A stretch of 64,000 nucleotides of DNA. Source: Desulfuromonadales bacterium. GTDB taxonomy: Bacteria > Desulfobacterota > Desulfuromonadia > Desulfuromonadales > SZUA-540. Both the position numbers and the translations under genes were made by a program. A model generated the notes under the pieces. That model was not told the origin of the DNA. It made no database searches and saw only the letters and a list, made by a program, of their open reading frames with translations. This document shows, piece by piece, positions 27,952-38,513 of this stretch. The DNA lies in contig JAWSUS010000019.1 of assembly GCA_033549025.1 (NCBI GenBank), forward strand, positions 1 to 64,000, given 5' to 3'. The stretch's first letter is position 1. The number at the start of each line of letters is the position of its first letter.

Positions 27952-29262
27952 ATGCAAAGCATCAATATTGGTCTTTTAGGCTTTGGAACCATTGGGACCG
28001 GTGTGGTTCGCCTTATCCAGAAAAACGCTAAAATTATTGAACAGCGCCTCGGATGCAAGGTCAATCTGGTCAAAATAGCGGACCTGGATATCGTGCGCGA
28101 TCGGGGTGTGAGCCTTGCGGACGGTATGCTGACTACCGATGCGAATGAAGTTGTCAGCCATCCCGATATTCATGTCGTCGTTGAACTGATCGGTGGGTAT
28201 GAACCCGCGCGTTCGTTTGTTTTGAAGGCCATTCAAAACGGCAAACATGTCGTTACGGCCAATAAGGCGCTGCTTGCTGTTCATGGTCAGGAAATTCTGC
28301 AGGCGGCGGAAAAGCACCGCGTGGAAGTGCTTTTTGAAGCGGCAGTCGGTGGGGGAATCCCCATCATTTCCGCCATTAAGGAAAATCTTTGCGGGAACAA
28401 TTTTCATAGTGTCTTCGGAATTTTCAATGGGACCTGCAATTACATTCTGACGCGCATGACGGAAGACGGAGAGGATTTTTCTTCCGTACTCAAAGAAGCG
28501 CAGGCGAAGGGGTATGCAGAAGCCGACCCTACCTTCGATGTGGAAGGGATTGACACCGCTCACAAATTGGCCCTGCTGATATCCTTGTGCTTTGGGACCC
28601 GCGTCGACTTTTCCAAGGTCTACACAGAGGGGATATCCCAGCTCTCTCTGGTCGATATCGAATTTGCCAAGCAGATGGGCTACAAAATCAAACTCCTGGC
28701 GATCGGCAAAGAAGAGGGGGGGCAGATCGAGGCCCGGGTTCATCCTACCATGATTCCTGACGATTATCCTCTCGCTCAGGTCGATGGGGTGTTGAACGCC
28801 GTTCGTCTGGTCGGCGATTTTGTCGGCCCCGTGACCCTTCAGGGCGCTGGTGCCGGCATGGATGCTACCGCTAGTGCCGTCATGGGTGATGTCATGTCCC
28901 TGGGACGCAATATCCTTCAGGGGGTCAAGACGCGCTCCCCGGTGATGGGTTATTGCCCCGCCAGCATTCAGGATTTGCCAATTAAATCAATGGACGATAT
29001 TGTCGGCCCTTATTACCTGCGGTTCGCCGTTATGGACCGTCCAGGTGTTCTGGCCCAGATTGCCGGAATTCTCGGTGCTCACGACATCAGCATCGCCTCC
29101 ATGATCCAGCCCGATCGCCAGGAAGGATTGTCGGTCCCGGTTGTTCTGGTTACCCACGATGCCCGTGAGGTGAATATCAAGAACGCTCTTAAAGAAATTG
29201 ACGCCCTTGAGGTGATTCGTGAAAAGAGCCACCTGATTCGCATTGAAGGCCGTCTCGACTAA
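27952..29262 (+). CDS. hom: Homoserine dehydrogenase (with C-terminal ACT)
   Basis: GFGTIG, VVTANK, EAAVGGGIP, NGTCNYIL, GYAEADP, DRPGVLA. Confidence 0.98.
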   Translation: MQSINIGLLGFGTIGTGVVRLIQKNAKIIEQRLGCKVNLVKIADLDIVRDRGVSLADGMLTTDANEVVSHPDIHVVVELIGGYEPARSFVLKAIQNGKHVVTANKALLAVHGQEILQAAEKHRVEVLFEAAVGGGIPIISAIKENLCGNNFHSVFGIFNGTCNYILTRMTEDGEDFSSVLKEAQAKGYAEADPTFDVEGIDTAHKLALLISLCFGTRVDFSKVYTEGISQLSLVDIEFAKQMGYKIKLLAIGKEEGGQIEARVHPTMIPDDYPLAQVDGVLNAVRLVGDFVGPVTLQGAGAGMDATASAVMGDVMSLGRNILQGVKTRSPVMGYCPASIQDLPIKSMDDIVGPYYLRFAVMDRPGVLAQIAGILGAHDISIASMIQPDRQEGLSVPVVLVTHDAREVNIKNALKEIDALEVIREKSHLIRIEGRLD

Positions 29263-29339
29263 AAAATGCGCTTGGACTGTAATAAAATTGCTTGACTTGC
29301 TTTATGCGGTTTGATAAAAGGTACCGGCATTTCGGTTGT

Positions 29340-29414
<75 letters not shown>

Positions 29415-29441
29415 GATTACATTCTGGGATGATTAAACGAT

Positions 29442-29466
29442 AGAGGCATCTTTGGATGCCTCTTTT
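29442..29466 (+). terminator. Hairpin after tRNA-Val
   Basis: AGAGGCATC-TTTG-GATGCCTCT-TTT. Confidence 0.65.
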
Positions 29467-29483
29467 CATTAGCGGGGTGCAAA

Positions 29484-31400
29484 ATGGAAGCAATTCGCGT
29501 TGAACTGCCTGACGGGTCGATTCGGGAAGTTGCCGAAGGAATTTCCGTGTTTGAGGTGGCCCGGTCGATCAGTGAAGGGTTGGCCAGTCAGTCCGTCGCG
29601 GCAAAGGTCGATGGCCACCTGGTCGATGTGTCGTCGACTCTTGACCGGGATTGTCGGCTGGAGTTGATTACCCTCAACTCGGAGGATGGCCTGGACGTTT
29701 ATCGCCATTCTGCGGCGCATCTCATGGCCCACGCGGTAAAGGATCTTTTTGGGGGAGAAGTTCAGGTCACCATTGGACCATCCATCGAAAACGGTTTCTA
29801 TTACGACTTCTATAGCGATACCCACAAATTTACCCCCGAAGAATTCGAAAAGATTGAATCCCGCATGGCCGAGCTGGCCAAGGCCGATCTCCCCATTGAA
29901 CGGGAGGAGATGACTCGGGACAGCGCTATCGAACTGTTTCGGCAGATGGGGGAGTCCTATAAGGTCAAATTGATTGAGGACCTCCCCAACGAGACCGTCT
30001 CCCTGTATCGCCAGGGAGAATTCGTCGATTTATGTCGTGGCCCGCACCTGCCTTCCACGGGTAAAATAAAAGCGTTCAAACTGACCAGTCTGGCCGGCGC
30101 CTATTGGCGTGGTGATGAAAAAAACGCCATGCTGCAGCGTATTTATGCCACGGCTTTTCCCGATAAGAAACAGCTTAAGGCCTATCTGGACAAGCTTGAA
30201 GAAGCACGCAAGCGGGATCACCGCAAGTTGGGTCGCGAGCTTGATCTCTTCAGCTTTAACGATGAGGCTGGCGCCGGGCTGGTCATCTGGCACCCCAAAG
30301 GAGCCTTGCTGCGCACTGTCCTGGAGGATTTCGAGCGCAAGGAACATCTGCGGCGAGGGTACGATATCGTCATGGGACCGCAGATTCTCCGCACTGACTT
30401 GTGGAAAACATCCGGTCATTATGAAAATTACCGGGAAAATATGTACTTCACGGAAGTGGACGAGCAGAGTTATGGGATCAAACCCATGAATTGCCTGGCC
30501 CACATGCTTATTTATAAATCAAAAAAACGCTCCTACCGGGATCTGCCTTTGCGCTTTTTTGAGCTCGGCACCGTGCATCGCCATGAGAAATCGGGTGTTT
30601 TGCATGGCCTGCTCCGGGTTCGCGGCTTCACGCAGGATGATGCTCACATCCTGTGCACTCCCGACCAGCTGGATGGTGAAATCAAGGGAGTCCTCCGTTT
30701 CGTCCAGGATGTCATGAAGATCTTCGGCTTTGAATATGAGATGGAGATCTCCACGCGGCCTGAAAAATCGATCGGCAGCGATGTGGACTGGGAGCGGGCG
30801 ACCAGCGCCTTGATGAGCGCTCTCAAGGATTCGGGGCTGCCCTTTGAGGTCAATGAGGGGGATGGCGCATTTTACGGCCCGAAGATCGACATTAAGCTCA
30901 AGGACGCCCTTGACAGAAGATGGCAGTGTGCTACAATCCAGTGCGATTTTACCCTGCCTGACCGATTTGATCTGAGTTACGTCGGACCTGATGGGGAGAA
31001 GCATCGCCCCGTTATGGTTCATCGAGTCATTGTCGGCGCGATCGAGCGGTTTGTCGGTGTTTTGATTGAGCACTACGCCGGGAATTTCCCTTTGTGGCTC
31101 TCCCCTGTGCAGGCCCGTGTGGTTAATGTGACAGACCGTCAGGCCGATTACGCCAGGGAAGTGACGCAATTGTTGCGTGAAGCGGGAATCCGGGTGGATT
31201 CAGACCTTCGCAATGAAAAGCTCGGCTACAAAATACGCGAAGCTCAAATTGAAAAAATACCTTATATGCTCGTCATCGGTGACAAAGAAGTGGAAGAAGG
31301 CACCCTTTCTCCACGCCACCGCAGCGGTGACAGTTTGAATGCCATGAAACCTGATGAGTTCATCCAGTTGGTTCAGGATGAATGCAGGTTATATCATTAG
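29484..31400 (+). CDS. thrS: Threonine--tRNA ligase
   Basis: [36 protein letters not shown]. Confidence 0.99.
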   Translation: MEAIRVELPDGSIREVAEGISVFEVARSISEGLASQSVAAKVDGHLVDVSSTLDRDCRLELITLNSEDGLDVYRHSAAHLMAHAVKDLFGGEVQVTIGPSIENGFYYDFYSDTHKFTPEEFEKIESRMAELAKADLPIEREEMTRDSAIELFRQMGESYKVKLIEDLPNETVSLYRQGEFVDLCRGPHLPSTGKIKAFKLTSLAGAYWRGDEKNAMLQRIYATAFPDKKQLKAYLDKLEEARKRDHRKLGRELDLFSFNDEAGAGLVIWHPKGALLRTVLEDFERKEHLRRGYDIVMGPQILRTDLWKTSGHYENYRENMYFTEVDEQSYGIKPMNCLAHMLIYKSKKRSYRDLPLRFFELGTVHRHEKSGVLHGLLRVRGFTQDDAHILCTPDQLDGEIKGVLRFVQDVMKIFGFEYEMEISTRPEKSIGSDVDWERATSALMSALKDSGLPFEVNEGDGAFYGPKIDIKLKDALDRRWQCATIQCDFTLPDRFDLSYVGPDGEKHRPVMVHRVIVGAIERFVGVLIEHYAGNFPLWLSPVQARVVNVTDRQADYAREVTQLLREAGIRVDSDLRNEKLGYKIREAQIEKIPYMLVIGDKEVEEGTLSPRHRSGDSLNAMKPDEFIQLVQDECRLYH

Positions 31401-31411
31401 GAGGTGACACC

Positions 31412-31930
31412 ATAGCTAAGCAAGAGACCAATATCAATCGTGCCATTCGAGCAAGGGAAGTCCGGGTCGTTGACGACGAAGGAGAACAGCTCGGAATATT
31501 GAGCCTTGAGGAGGCATTGGCCGCCGCAACCGCAAGGGGCCTCGATCTGGTTGAGGTGTCCCCCAACGCCGTGCCGCCTGTTTGCCGGATCATGGATTAT
31601 GGCAAATACAAATATCAGGCAAGCAAGAGGGCGGCAGAAGCCAAGAAAAAGACCGCTAAAGTTGAAACTAAAGAAGTCAAGATGCGGCCCAAGACCGAAG
31701 AACATGATTTCCAGTTCAAGGTTAAAAACGCGCGACGATTTCTTGACGACGGAAACAAGGTTAAGGTGACGGTCATGTTTCGCGGTCGCGAAGTGACTCA
31801 TCCCGAGTTCGGTAGAGCCCTGATGGATCGCATCGCCGATGAGGTCAAGGATATAGCCGCGGTGGAAATGACCCCTCGCATGGCCGGTCGGTTTATGACG
31901 ATGGTGTTGGCCCCCAATAAGAAACAGTAA
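31412..31930 (+). CDS. infC: Translation initiation factor IF-3 (probable non-canonical ATA start)
   Basis: IN..IRA.EVR, LDLVEV.P.A.PPVCRIMDYGK, FRGRE; AGGAGG ends 7 nt before in-frame ATA 31412. Confidence 0.95.
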   Translation: MAKQETNINRAIRAREVRVVDDEGEQLGILSLEEALAAATARGLDLVEVSPNAVPPVCRIMDYGKYKYQASKRAAEAKKKTAKVETKEVKMRPKTEEHDFQFKVKNARRFLDDGNKVKVTVMFRGREVTHPEFGRALMDRIADEVKDIAAVEMTPRMAGRFMTMVLAPNKKQ

Positions 31931-32005
31931 GAATATTGTGTTTGGAAGGCTCCAGAAACCTATCAGGAATTTTGCTGGATAAATAAATCGAAGGAGATTC
32001 AGGGA

Positions 32006-32203
32006 ATGCCCAAAATTAAAACCAATCGTGGCGCTGCAAAGCGTTTTCGTACAACCGGTAGTGGACGGGTTCGTCGCAATAAAGCTTTTACCAGTCATAT
32101 CCTGACCAAAAAAAGCACCAAGCGTAAACGTGACCTGCGCCAGGGAACTTTGGTTCACAAGGCGGATGAAAAGAATATCAAATCGCTCATCCCCTATCTC
32201 TAG
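32006..32203 (+). CDS. rpmI: 50S ribosomal protein L35
   Basis: MPKIKT.RGAAKRF, HILTKK. Confidence 0.99.
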   Translation: MPKIKTNRGAAKRFRTTGSGRVRRNKAFTSHILTKKSTKRKRDLRQGTLVHKADEKNIKSLIPYL

Positions 32204-32204
32204 G

Positions 32205-32284
32205 CACAAGGTCTTTATCGGCTTAAGACCGTGAACTGAGGGGAAAATAGTCTCCCCCTTCAGATCCGGCAGCGGGAAACCGCT
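32205..32284 (+). promoter_or_regulatory. Structured rpmI-rplT intergenic RNA (candidate L20 leader)
   Basis: Three consecutive hairpins, the last AGCGG-GAAA-CCGCT. Confidence 0.5.
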
Positions 32285-32310
32285 TATTTCACCACTAGAA
32301 GGAGTAGAAC

Positions 32311-32667
32311 ATGCCGAGAGCAAAAAGAGGTTTTAAAGCGAGACGCAGACGCAACAAAGTACTCAAATTGGCCAAAGGGTATCGTGGCGCCCGCAGCAAA
32401 CTGTTTCGCAGTGCTACCGAAGCCGTCGATCGGGCCCTGAATTATGCGTTTCGCGACCGTAAGGTCAAAAAACGTGATTTCCGGGCTTTGTGGATCGCCC
32501 GGATCAATGCGGCTGCACGCGAAAACGGGATTTCTTACAGCCGTCTGGTCCATGGCCTCAAGAAGGCTGAGATCGGACTGGACAGAAAGATTCTGGCACA
32601 GCTCGCGATCAGTGACCCCGGCGGGTTCACCGCGGTCGTGGATAAAGCCAAGGCCCATTTGCAGTAA
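32311..32667 (+). CDS. rplT: 50S ribosomal protein L20
   Basis: AKGYRG.RS, KKRDFR.LWI.RINAA, LDRK.LA. Confidence 0.99.
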   Translation: MPRAKRGFKARRRRNKVLKLAKGYRGARSKLFRSATEAVDRALNYAFRDRKVKKRDFRALWIARINAAARENGISYSRLVHGLKKAEIGLDRKILAQLAISDPGGFTAVVDKAKAHLQ

Positions 32668-32671
32668 AACG

Positions 32672-32708
32672 AAAAAAGAGATGAGGGCCTTCCTCATCTC
32701 TTTTTTTT
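32672..32708 (+). terminator. Intrinsic terminator after rplT
   Basis: AAAAAAGAGATGAGG-GCCTT-CCTCATCTCTTTTTTTT. Confidence 0.85.
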
Positions 32709-32721
32709 ATTTGTCACTTTC

Positions 32722-32751
32722 GGAAGCCCTCGGGCTTCCTTTCTTCTTTTT
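32722..32751 (+). terminator. Second terminator-like hairpin directly before pheS
   Basis: GGAAGCC-CTCG-GGCTTCC then TTTCTTCTTTTT. Confidence 0.65.
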
Positions 32752-32771
32752 ATCCACCAAGTGGGGCAACG

Positions 32772-33788
32772 ATGAAGCAGAACTTTGATGATATGCTCGC
32801 GCGGGCGAGAGAAAGTGTCGAATCCGCGCAGACCGAAGTCACCTTGCAGGAAGCGCGCGTCCGGTTTCTTGGCAAAAAGGGAGAATTGACTGCCATCATG
32901 AAAGAAATGGGCCGTCTCTCCGCTGAAGAGCGACCCGTGATTGGTGCTCTTGCCAATCAGGTGAAACTAACCCTTGAAGATCTGTTTGCCAACCGTCTGG
33001 CGGCAATCAAGGAACGTGAAATTGCTCTGCGCCTTGAGAAAGAGCGCCTTGATGTTACCTTGCCGGGAAGAAAACAGTATCGCGGTTCTAAGCATCCTAT
33101 CACGCTGGTGACGGAGGAAATCTCCGAAATCTTCCTTTCCCTTGGGTTCGGTATAGCTGAGGGACCTGAAGTGGAAAAGGATTTTTATAATTTTGAAGCC
33201 TTGAACATCCCCAAGGACCATCCCGCTCGCGATATGCAGGACACCTTTTACGTGTCCCCCGAGGTGGTTCTTCGCACCCACACCTCACCCGTCCAGATTC
33301 GCACGATGCTCAAGCACGAACCCCCGGTTCGTGTCATTGCTCCCGGTACGGTTTACCGGCGGGATTCAGACCTGACGCATAGCCCGATGTTCCACCAGAT
33401 TGAGGGTTTCCTTGTCGACCGTCATATTACCTTCGGTGATCTTAAGGGGATCCTGACGACCTTCGTTACCCAGTATTTCGGGCGGAATATCGGGGTGCGC
33501 TTTCGTCCTTCCTTTTTTCCATTCACCGAGCCCAGCGCCGAAGTGGATATGCAGTGCGTTATCTGCGGTGGAAAGGGCTGCCGTGTATGTAAAAACAGCG
33601 GTTGGCTTGAAATCCTCGGCAGCGGCATGATTGATCCAGAGGTCTTTAAATCTGTCAATTATGATCCCGCCATCTACAGCGGTTTTGCCTTTGGCATGGG
33701 ACTGGAGCGCATTGCGATGTTGAAATATGGAGTGAATGACCTGCGTCTGTTTTTTGAAAATGATTTGCGCTTCTTGCGTCAATTTTGA
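32772..33788 (+). CDS. pheS: Phenylalanine--tRNA ligase alpha subunit
   Basis: [31 protein letters not shown]. Confidence 0.99.
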   Translation: MKQNFDDMLARARESVESAQTEVTLQEARVRFLGKKGELTAIMKEMGRLSAEERPVIGALANQVKLTLEDLFANRLAAIKEREIALRLEKERLDVTLPGRKQYRGSKHPITLVTEEISEIFLSLGFGIAEGPEVEKDFYNFEALNIPKDHPARDMQDTFYVSPEVVLRTHTSPVQIRTMLKHEPPVRVIAPGTVYRRDSDLTHSPMFHQIEGFLVDRHITFGDLKGILTTFVTQYFGRNIGVRFRPSFFPFTEPSAEVDMQCVICGGKGCRVCKNSGWLEILGSGMIDPEVFKSVNYDPAIYSGFAFGMGLERIAMLKYGVNDLRLFFENDLRFLRQF

Positions 33789-33840
33789 GTGGATGTCTAT
33801 CTCTCCGGCAGATTTAATTCCTGATAAAGGGCTTTAACAA

Positions 33841-36258
33841 ATGATTGTAACTTCAAGCTGGATAAAAGAATTTATTGACTTCGACCTATCGGCTGCCGAC
33901 CTGTCCCATCGGTTGACGCTGGCCGGTCTTGAGGTGGACTCTCTTGAGATCATCGGAGAGGGGCTCGACAGTGTCATCGTGGCCAGGCTCATTTCGGTCG
34001 AGCCTCATCCGCAGGCTGACCGCCTAACGGTTTGTCAGGTGGATACGGGGAAAGAAACAGTTCAGGTTGTCTGCGGTGCCACCAATCACAAAACGGGTGA
34101 CCATGTGGCTCTGGCTCAGGTTGGTTCCGTTCTGCCCGGCGATTTTAAAATCAAAAAATCCAAAATTCGGGGGCTCGAATCCCAGGGCATGCTGTGTTCT
34201 GAACGAGAACTGGGACTCTCTGAAGAGTCTGCCGGCATCCTGATCTTGCCCGAAGGGCTGCCCCTGGGGACTCCTGTTTTTGATGCTTTGAAGATGAAGG
34301 ATGCCCGTTTTGAAATTGGCCTGACCCCCAATCGTTCTGACTGTCTGAGTGTCCTGGGGGTGGCCCGGGAAGTTGGTGCCATGGTAGGAAAACCCGTGGT
34401 GGCCAAAGCGGTGGAAATCCCTGATTCCGATGTGGCGATCAGCACTCTGACGTCCATCACGGTCGAGGAGCCCGCACTTTGCCCCCGGTATGCGGCTCGC
34501 CTTATTCAAGGCGTCAGCATCGGCCCCTCTCCTGCATGGATGGTCCGGCGCCTGGAGTCGTTGGGGATGAGGTCGATCAACAATGTTGTCGATGTGACCA
34601 ACTATGTGATGATGGAACTCGGTCACCCTTTGCACGCCTTTGACTTTAGCCTGCTGCGGGGTAAAAAAATTATCGTCAAGCGGGCTGGGGAAGGGGAGAA
34701 GTTCAACACTCTCGATGGGCAGGAGCGTGAACTGGATTCCAGTGACCTGGTCATTTGTGATGCGCAGGGACCGGTCGCTCTTGCTGGTGTCATGGGAGGT
34801 GAAAACTCCGAAATCCAGCCGGAGACTGTCGATATTCTGCTGGAAAGCGCCTACTTCGATCCGCGCACCGTCCGGCGAACCAGCAAGCGTTTGGGCATTC
34901 ATTCCGAGTCGAGTCATCGATTCGAGCGCGGCGCGGACGTGAGCATGGTCCCCGTAGCCCTCGATCGAGCCGCCGCTCTGATTCAGGAGCTTGCCGGCGG
35001 TAAAATCGCTACCGGTATGCTGGACGTCTACTCCCATCGGCTGTCTGAACGGACCGTAACCGTGAGTGCACACCGGACCAACGAAGTGCTGGGACTGACC
35101 CTGGGCCTTGAGGATATAGAACGTCTGTTGCGCTCCATTGCCCTTGAGGTCGAAAGAAAGGGTGATTCAGAGGACGAGGTCTTGAACGTCACCGTGCCGT
35201 TTTTCCGCCACGATCTGGAAAGGGAAATCGATCTCATAGAAGAAGTCGCCCGCTTAAACGGATACGATAAGATTCCAGTAACCATGCCTGTCGGCCGGTC
35301 GGTTGGGCATACCCCGCCGGCCGCAATTCAGGCCTCCGGCAATGCCAGGAATTTCCTCGTCGGCGCCGGTTTTTCCGAAATCATCAATTATTCTTTTGTC
35401 TCACCTTCTGTCTGGGATGCTATTGCACTGCCGGCAGAAGACCCTCGGCGGGAAAATGTCAAAATCCTGAATCCCCTGACCGAAGAACAGTCCGTTATGC
35501 GGACGACCCTTGTCCCCAGCCTTCTGCAGACTGTGGCGCGCAACCTGGCCTATCGTTCCAAAGATCTTCGACTTTTTGAGCTTCGCCCCGTGTTTGCCGT
35601 GAGTGCCGGCGAGGAATTGCCCCGAGAAAGCCTGAGATTGTGTGCCATTCTCTGCGGCCGCCGTGAGCCAGAAGGGTGGGCTCAGGACAACAGCCCCGTT
35701 GATTTTTACGATTTGAAGGGCGTTGCCGAGGGGATATTGAACTGTTTCGAGATTGAAGGGATGTCCTGGGATGGCGACAAGATGGAAGAACCCTATCTTC
35801 ATCCCGGCAAATCCTGCGCATTAACCTGCCGAGGAAAACACCTTGGCGTGATGGGGGAAGTGCACCCTAGGATACTGGATAATTTTGAAATCGACACCCC
35901 CGTATATCTGCTGGATCTGGATGTGGCGTTGCTCCAGGCCGTTTCCAGTGGATTCTCCGGGTTTCAGCCTCTTTCCCGCTTCCCGGAAGTCTATCGGGAC
36001 AGTGCTTTACTGGTTGATGAAGATACCCCGGCCAATGAGGTGCTCGAAGCTGCCAACAAGGCCAAAAGCGCCGAAGTCGTAGGGATCGTTCTTTTCGATG
36101 TGTACCGGGGCAAAGGGGTCCCTGAAGGTAAGAAAAGCATGGCTATCCGCGTGCGCTATCGCTCCATGGAAAAAACCCTGACAGATGAAGAGATAGCGGC
36201 GCTTCACGGTAAAATCGTTAAAGCTCTGGAAAAAAGATTGGGCGCCGAAATTCGTTAA
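33841..36258 (+). CDS. pheT: Phenylalanine--tRNA ligase beta subunit
   Basis: HP.AD.L, S.GMLCS..ELG, TPNR.D, DLIEEVAR..GY, FDVYRG. Confidence 0.99.
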   Translation: MIVTSSWIKEFIDFDLSAADLSHRLTLAGLEVDSLEIIGEGLDSVIVARLISVEPHPQADRLTVCQVDTGKETVQVVCGATNHKTGDHVALAQVGSVLPGDFKIKKSKIRGLESQGMLCSERELGLSEESAGILILPEGLPLGTPVFDALKMKDARFEIGLTPNRSDCLSVLGVAREVGAMVGKPVVAKAVEIPDSDVAISTLTSITVEEPALCPRYAARLIQGVSIGPSPAWMVRRLESLGMRSINNVVDVTNYVMMELGHPLHAFDFSLLRGKKIIVKRAGEGEKFNTLDGQERELDSSDLVICDAQGPVALAGVMGGENSEIQPETVDILLESAYFDPRTVRRTSKRLGIHSESSHRFERGADVSMVPVALDRAAALIQELAGGKIATGMLDVYSHRLSERTVTVSAHRTNEVLGLTLGLEDIERLLRSIALEVERKGDSEDEVLNVTVPFFRHDLEREIDLIEEVARLNGYDKIPVTMPVGRSVGHTPPAAIQASGNARNFLVGAGFSEIINYSFVSPSVWDAIALPAEDPRRENVKILNPLTEEQSVMRTTLVPSLLQTVARNLAYRSKDLRLFELRPVFAVSAGEELPRESLRLCAILCGRREPEGWAQDNSPVDFYDLKGVAEGILNCFEIEGMSWDGDKMEEPYLHPGKSCALTCRGKHLGVMGEVHPRILDNFEIDTPVYLLDLDVALLQAVSSGFSGFQPLSRFPEVYRDSALLVDEDTPANEVLEAANKAKSAEVVGIVLFDVYRGKGVPEGKKSMAIRVRYRSMEKTLTDEEIAALHGKIVKALEKRLGAEIR

Positions 36259-36267
36259 AAAAATCGG

Positions 36268-36296
36268 TTGATCGTCTTAAATTCCTGTGGTATAAA
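36268..36296 (+). promoter_or_regulatory. sigma70-type promoter for ihfA-merR
   Basis: TTGATC-17 bp-TATAAA with extended -10 TG. Confidence 0.65.
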
Positions 36297-36343
36297 AAAA
36301 CCCGTGAATTCAAATACCTGTACTATTTTTATGTGGAGGTGCC

Positions 36344-36622
36344 ATGACTAAGGCGGACCTTGTCGAAAATGTTTACTTGAAAACCGGTTTCTCCAAAAAG
36401 GAATCCGCTGATATTGTCGAAATGGTTTTCGACATATTGAAAACGACCCTTGAGGATGGCGACAAGATCAAAATCGCCGGTTTTGGCAACTTTGTTGTCA
36501 AACAGAAGGCGACACGGCGTGGGCGCAATCCGCAAACAGGGGAGGAGATTGAAATCACCTCCAGGAAGATTCTCACCTTCAAACCGAGTCAGGTGCTGAA
36601 GGCCGCGATTAATGGGGAATGA
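36344..36622 (+). CDS. ihfA: Integration host factor alpha subunit
   Basis: MTKADL, GFGNF, R.GRNP.TGEEI; follows pheT. Confidence 0.95.
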   Translation: MTKADLVENVYLKTGFSKKESADIVEMVFDILKTTLEDGDKIKIAGFGNFVVKQKATRRGRNPQTGEEIEITSRKILTFKPSQVLKAAINGE

Positions 36623-36653
36623 CCACTGCGTCAGGTAGCGGATCGGACAGGTC

Positions 36654-37013
36654 ATGAAAATTCACCCTGAGAAGCTCTACTTCAAGATTGGCGAAGTAGC
36701 TCACATGACCGGGGTTAAACCTCATGTTCTGCGATATTGGGAATCGGAGTTCACCTGCTTTCGGCCGGCCAAGACCCGTAAAAACCAACGGATCTATCAG
36801 CAGAAAGATGTCGACCTTGTCCTGAAACTCAAAGAGTTGCTCTATCAGCAGGGATATACCATCGCCGGTGCAAAGGCTAAACTTCAAAACGATGCCTGCA
36901 CCCCTTTGGCAGGACAGGCACTCCCGGCAGAGCCCTCTGACACACGATCGATTTTGAAAGAGTTGCGAAGCGATCTGTCCAAACTCAGAGACTCCATGAC
37001 CATCAACCTTTGA
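36654..37013 (+). CDS. MerR-family HTH protein
   Basis: YFKIGEV....VKPHVLRYWESEF, GYTIAGA; follows ihfA. Confidence 0.92.
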   Translation: MKIHPEKLYFKIGEVAHMTGVKPHVLRYWESEFTCFRPAKTRKNQRIYQQKDVDLVLKLKELLYQQGYTIAGAKAKLQNDACTPLAGQALPAEPSDTRSILKELRSDLSKLRDSMTINL

Positions 37014-37015
37014 AG

Positions 37016-37048
37016 AATGACCGGGTCTCCCCCGGTCGTTTCTTTTTG
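37016..37048 (+). terminator. Intrinsic terminator after merR-like gene
   Basis: GAATGACCGGG-TCTCC-CCCGGTCGTTT then CTTTTT. Confidence 0.7.
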
Positions 37049-37065
37049 TGCACCCCTGAGGGCCC

Positions 37066-37824
37066 TTGCTTATCCTGATCACCAACGATGATGGAGTTCA
37101 TTCCCCCGGGTTAAGCGCACTGGTCGATGCTTTTGCTGAACTGGGGCGGGTTGTCGTGGTCGCTCCCGATCGAGAGCGCAGTGCTGCCGGGCACTCTCTC
37201 ACGCTACATTCTCCTCTCCGCGCCGATGAAATTAGAACCGACGTCATCGCCGTTGACGGAACGCCTACGGACTGCGTCAACCTCGGGATTCACGGACTTC
37301 TCGCCGAACGACCCTCGCTTGTTGTTTCCGGTATAAACAAGGGGGGGAACATGGGGGATGACATTACCTATTCAGGCACCGTTTCGGCAGCCATGGAGGC
37401 TACCTTGATGGGCGTCCCCGCCATGGCGGTATCTTTGTCGGCCGATTCCTTCCGCTATGAGGACTTTCACTTTGCCGGTCAGGCGGCTTACGCGTTGGCG
37501 CAAAAAATCCTCGAATACGGGTTGCCTCCTGATACTTTCCTGAATGTCAACGTGCCCAAGGGCTGCCCCGCTGGTGCCCGGATGACGCGTCAGGGGAAAC
37601 GCCGATATGGAGATGTCGTGGTGGAAAACCTTGACCCGAGGGGACGTAAATACTACTGGATTGGTGGCGGCGAACTCGGCTTCGAAAACGTCGAAGGAAC
37701 CGACTTCCACGCCGTTCACGAAGGATATGTTTCCATAACACCGCTGCATCTCGACCTGACCAATTACACGTCGTTCACGGGTCTTTCCCGCTGGGATCTG
37801 GACGTTTTTGCCAAGCTCGCCTGA
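37066..37824 (+). CDS. surE: 5'/3'-nucleotidase SurE
   Basis: [28 protein letters not shown]. Confidence 0.98.
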   Translation: MLILITNDDGVHSPGLSALVDAFAELGRVVVVAPDRERSAAGHSLTLHSPLRADEIRTDVIAVDGTPTDCVNLGIHGLLAERPSLVVSGINKGGNMGDDITYSGTVSAAMEATLMGVPAMAVSLSADSFRYEDFHFAGQAAYALAQKILEYGLPPDTFLNVNVPKGCPAGARMTRQGKRRYGDVVVENLDPRGRKYYWIGGGELGFENVEGTDFHAVHEGYVSITPLHLDLTNYTSFTGLSRWDLDVFAKLA

Positions 37825-37858
37825 CCTTCCACATACCTTCGACTTTCACGAGATCTTC

Positions 37859-38512
37859 ATGATGGATTTTTCCATAGCCCGCCGACGCATGGTTGAGCAA
37901 CTCGTCAAGGGGAAAGGCGTCAGGGACCCCTTGGTCCTGAACGCCATGCTTGCGGTTCCACGACATTTATTTGTCGAAGAGGCGTTTCAAAGCCAGGCCT
38001 ATAGTGATTTCTCCCTGCCTATCGGTGAAAAACAGACCATCTCTCAGCCCTATATTGTGGGCAGGATGACAGAATGCCTCCTTCTCAAAGGCGGCGAACG
38101 GGTCCTCGAAATCGGGACGGGCTCGGGTTACCAGGCTGCCGTGCTCTCCCAAATCGCCTCACGTGTCTACTCCGTGGAAAGACATCCTGTCCTTGCCCGC
38201 CGGGCACGAAGAGTTCTGGATCGGACCGGATGCAACAATGTTCACATCAAAGTTACTGACGGGACCTTCGGGTGGGAGGAACAGGCGCCTTTTGATGCGA
38301 TTATTGTCACCGCAGGTTCGCCATCCGTGCCTGAAAAATATCTTGATCAACTGACCAGTACAGGTCGTCTGGTCATTCCGGTTGGTGAGAAGGGGAGCCA
38401 GATTTTGAAACGGATTATCCGCAACGGAAATCAGTTTTGCGAAGAAAATATCCTGGATTGTCGCTTCGTCCCCTTGGTCGGACAATATGGATGGTCGGAA
38501 AAGGATATCTGA
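37859..38512 (+). CDS. pcm: Protein-L-isoaspartate O-methyltransferase
   Basis: [25 protein letters not shown]; start ATG 37859 or 37862. Confidence 0.97.
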   Translation: MMDFSIARRRMVEQLVKGKGVRDPLVLNAMLAVPRHLFVEEAFQSQAYSDFSLPIGEKQTISQPYIVGRMTECLLLKGGERVLEIGTGSGYQAAVLSQIASRVYSVERHPVLARRARRVLDRTGCNNVHIKVTDGTFGWEEQAPFDAIIVTAGSPSVPEKYLDQLTSTGRLVIPVGEKGSQILKRIIRNGNQFCEENILDCRFVPLVGQYGWSEKDI

Positions 38513-38513
38513 G

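Noticed and set aside
29415..29483. T-box or thrS operator leader
   Set aside because: Too short; contains only one simple hairpin after the tRNA.
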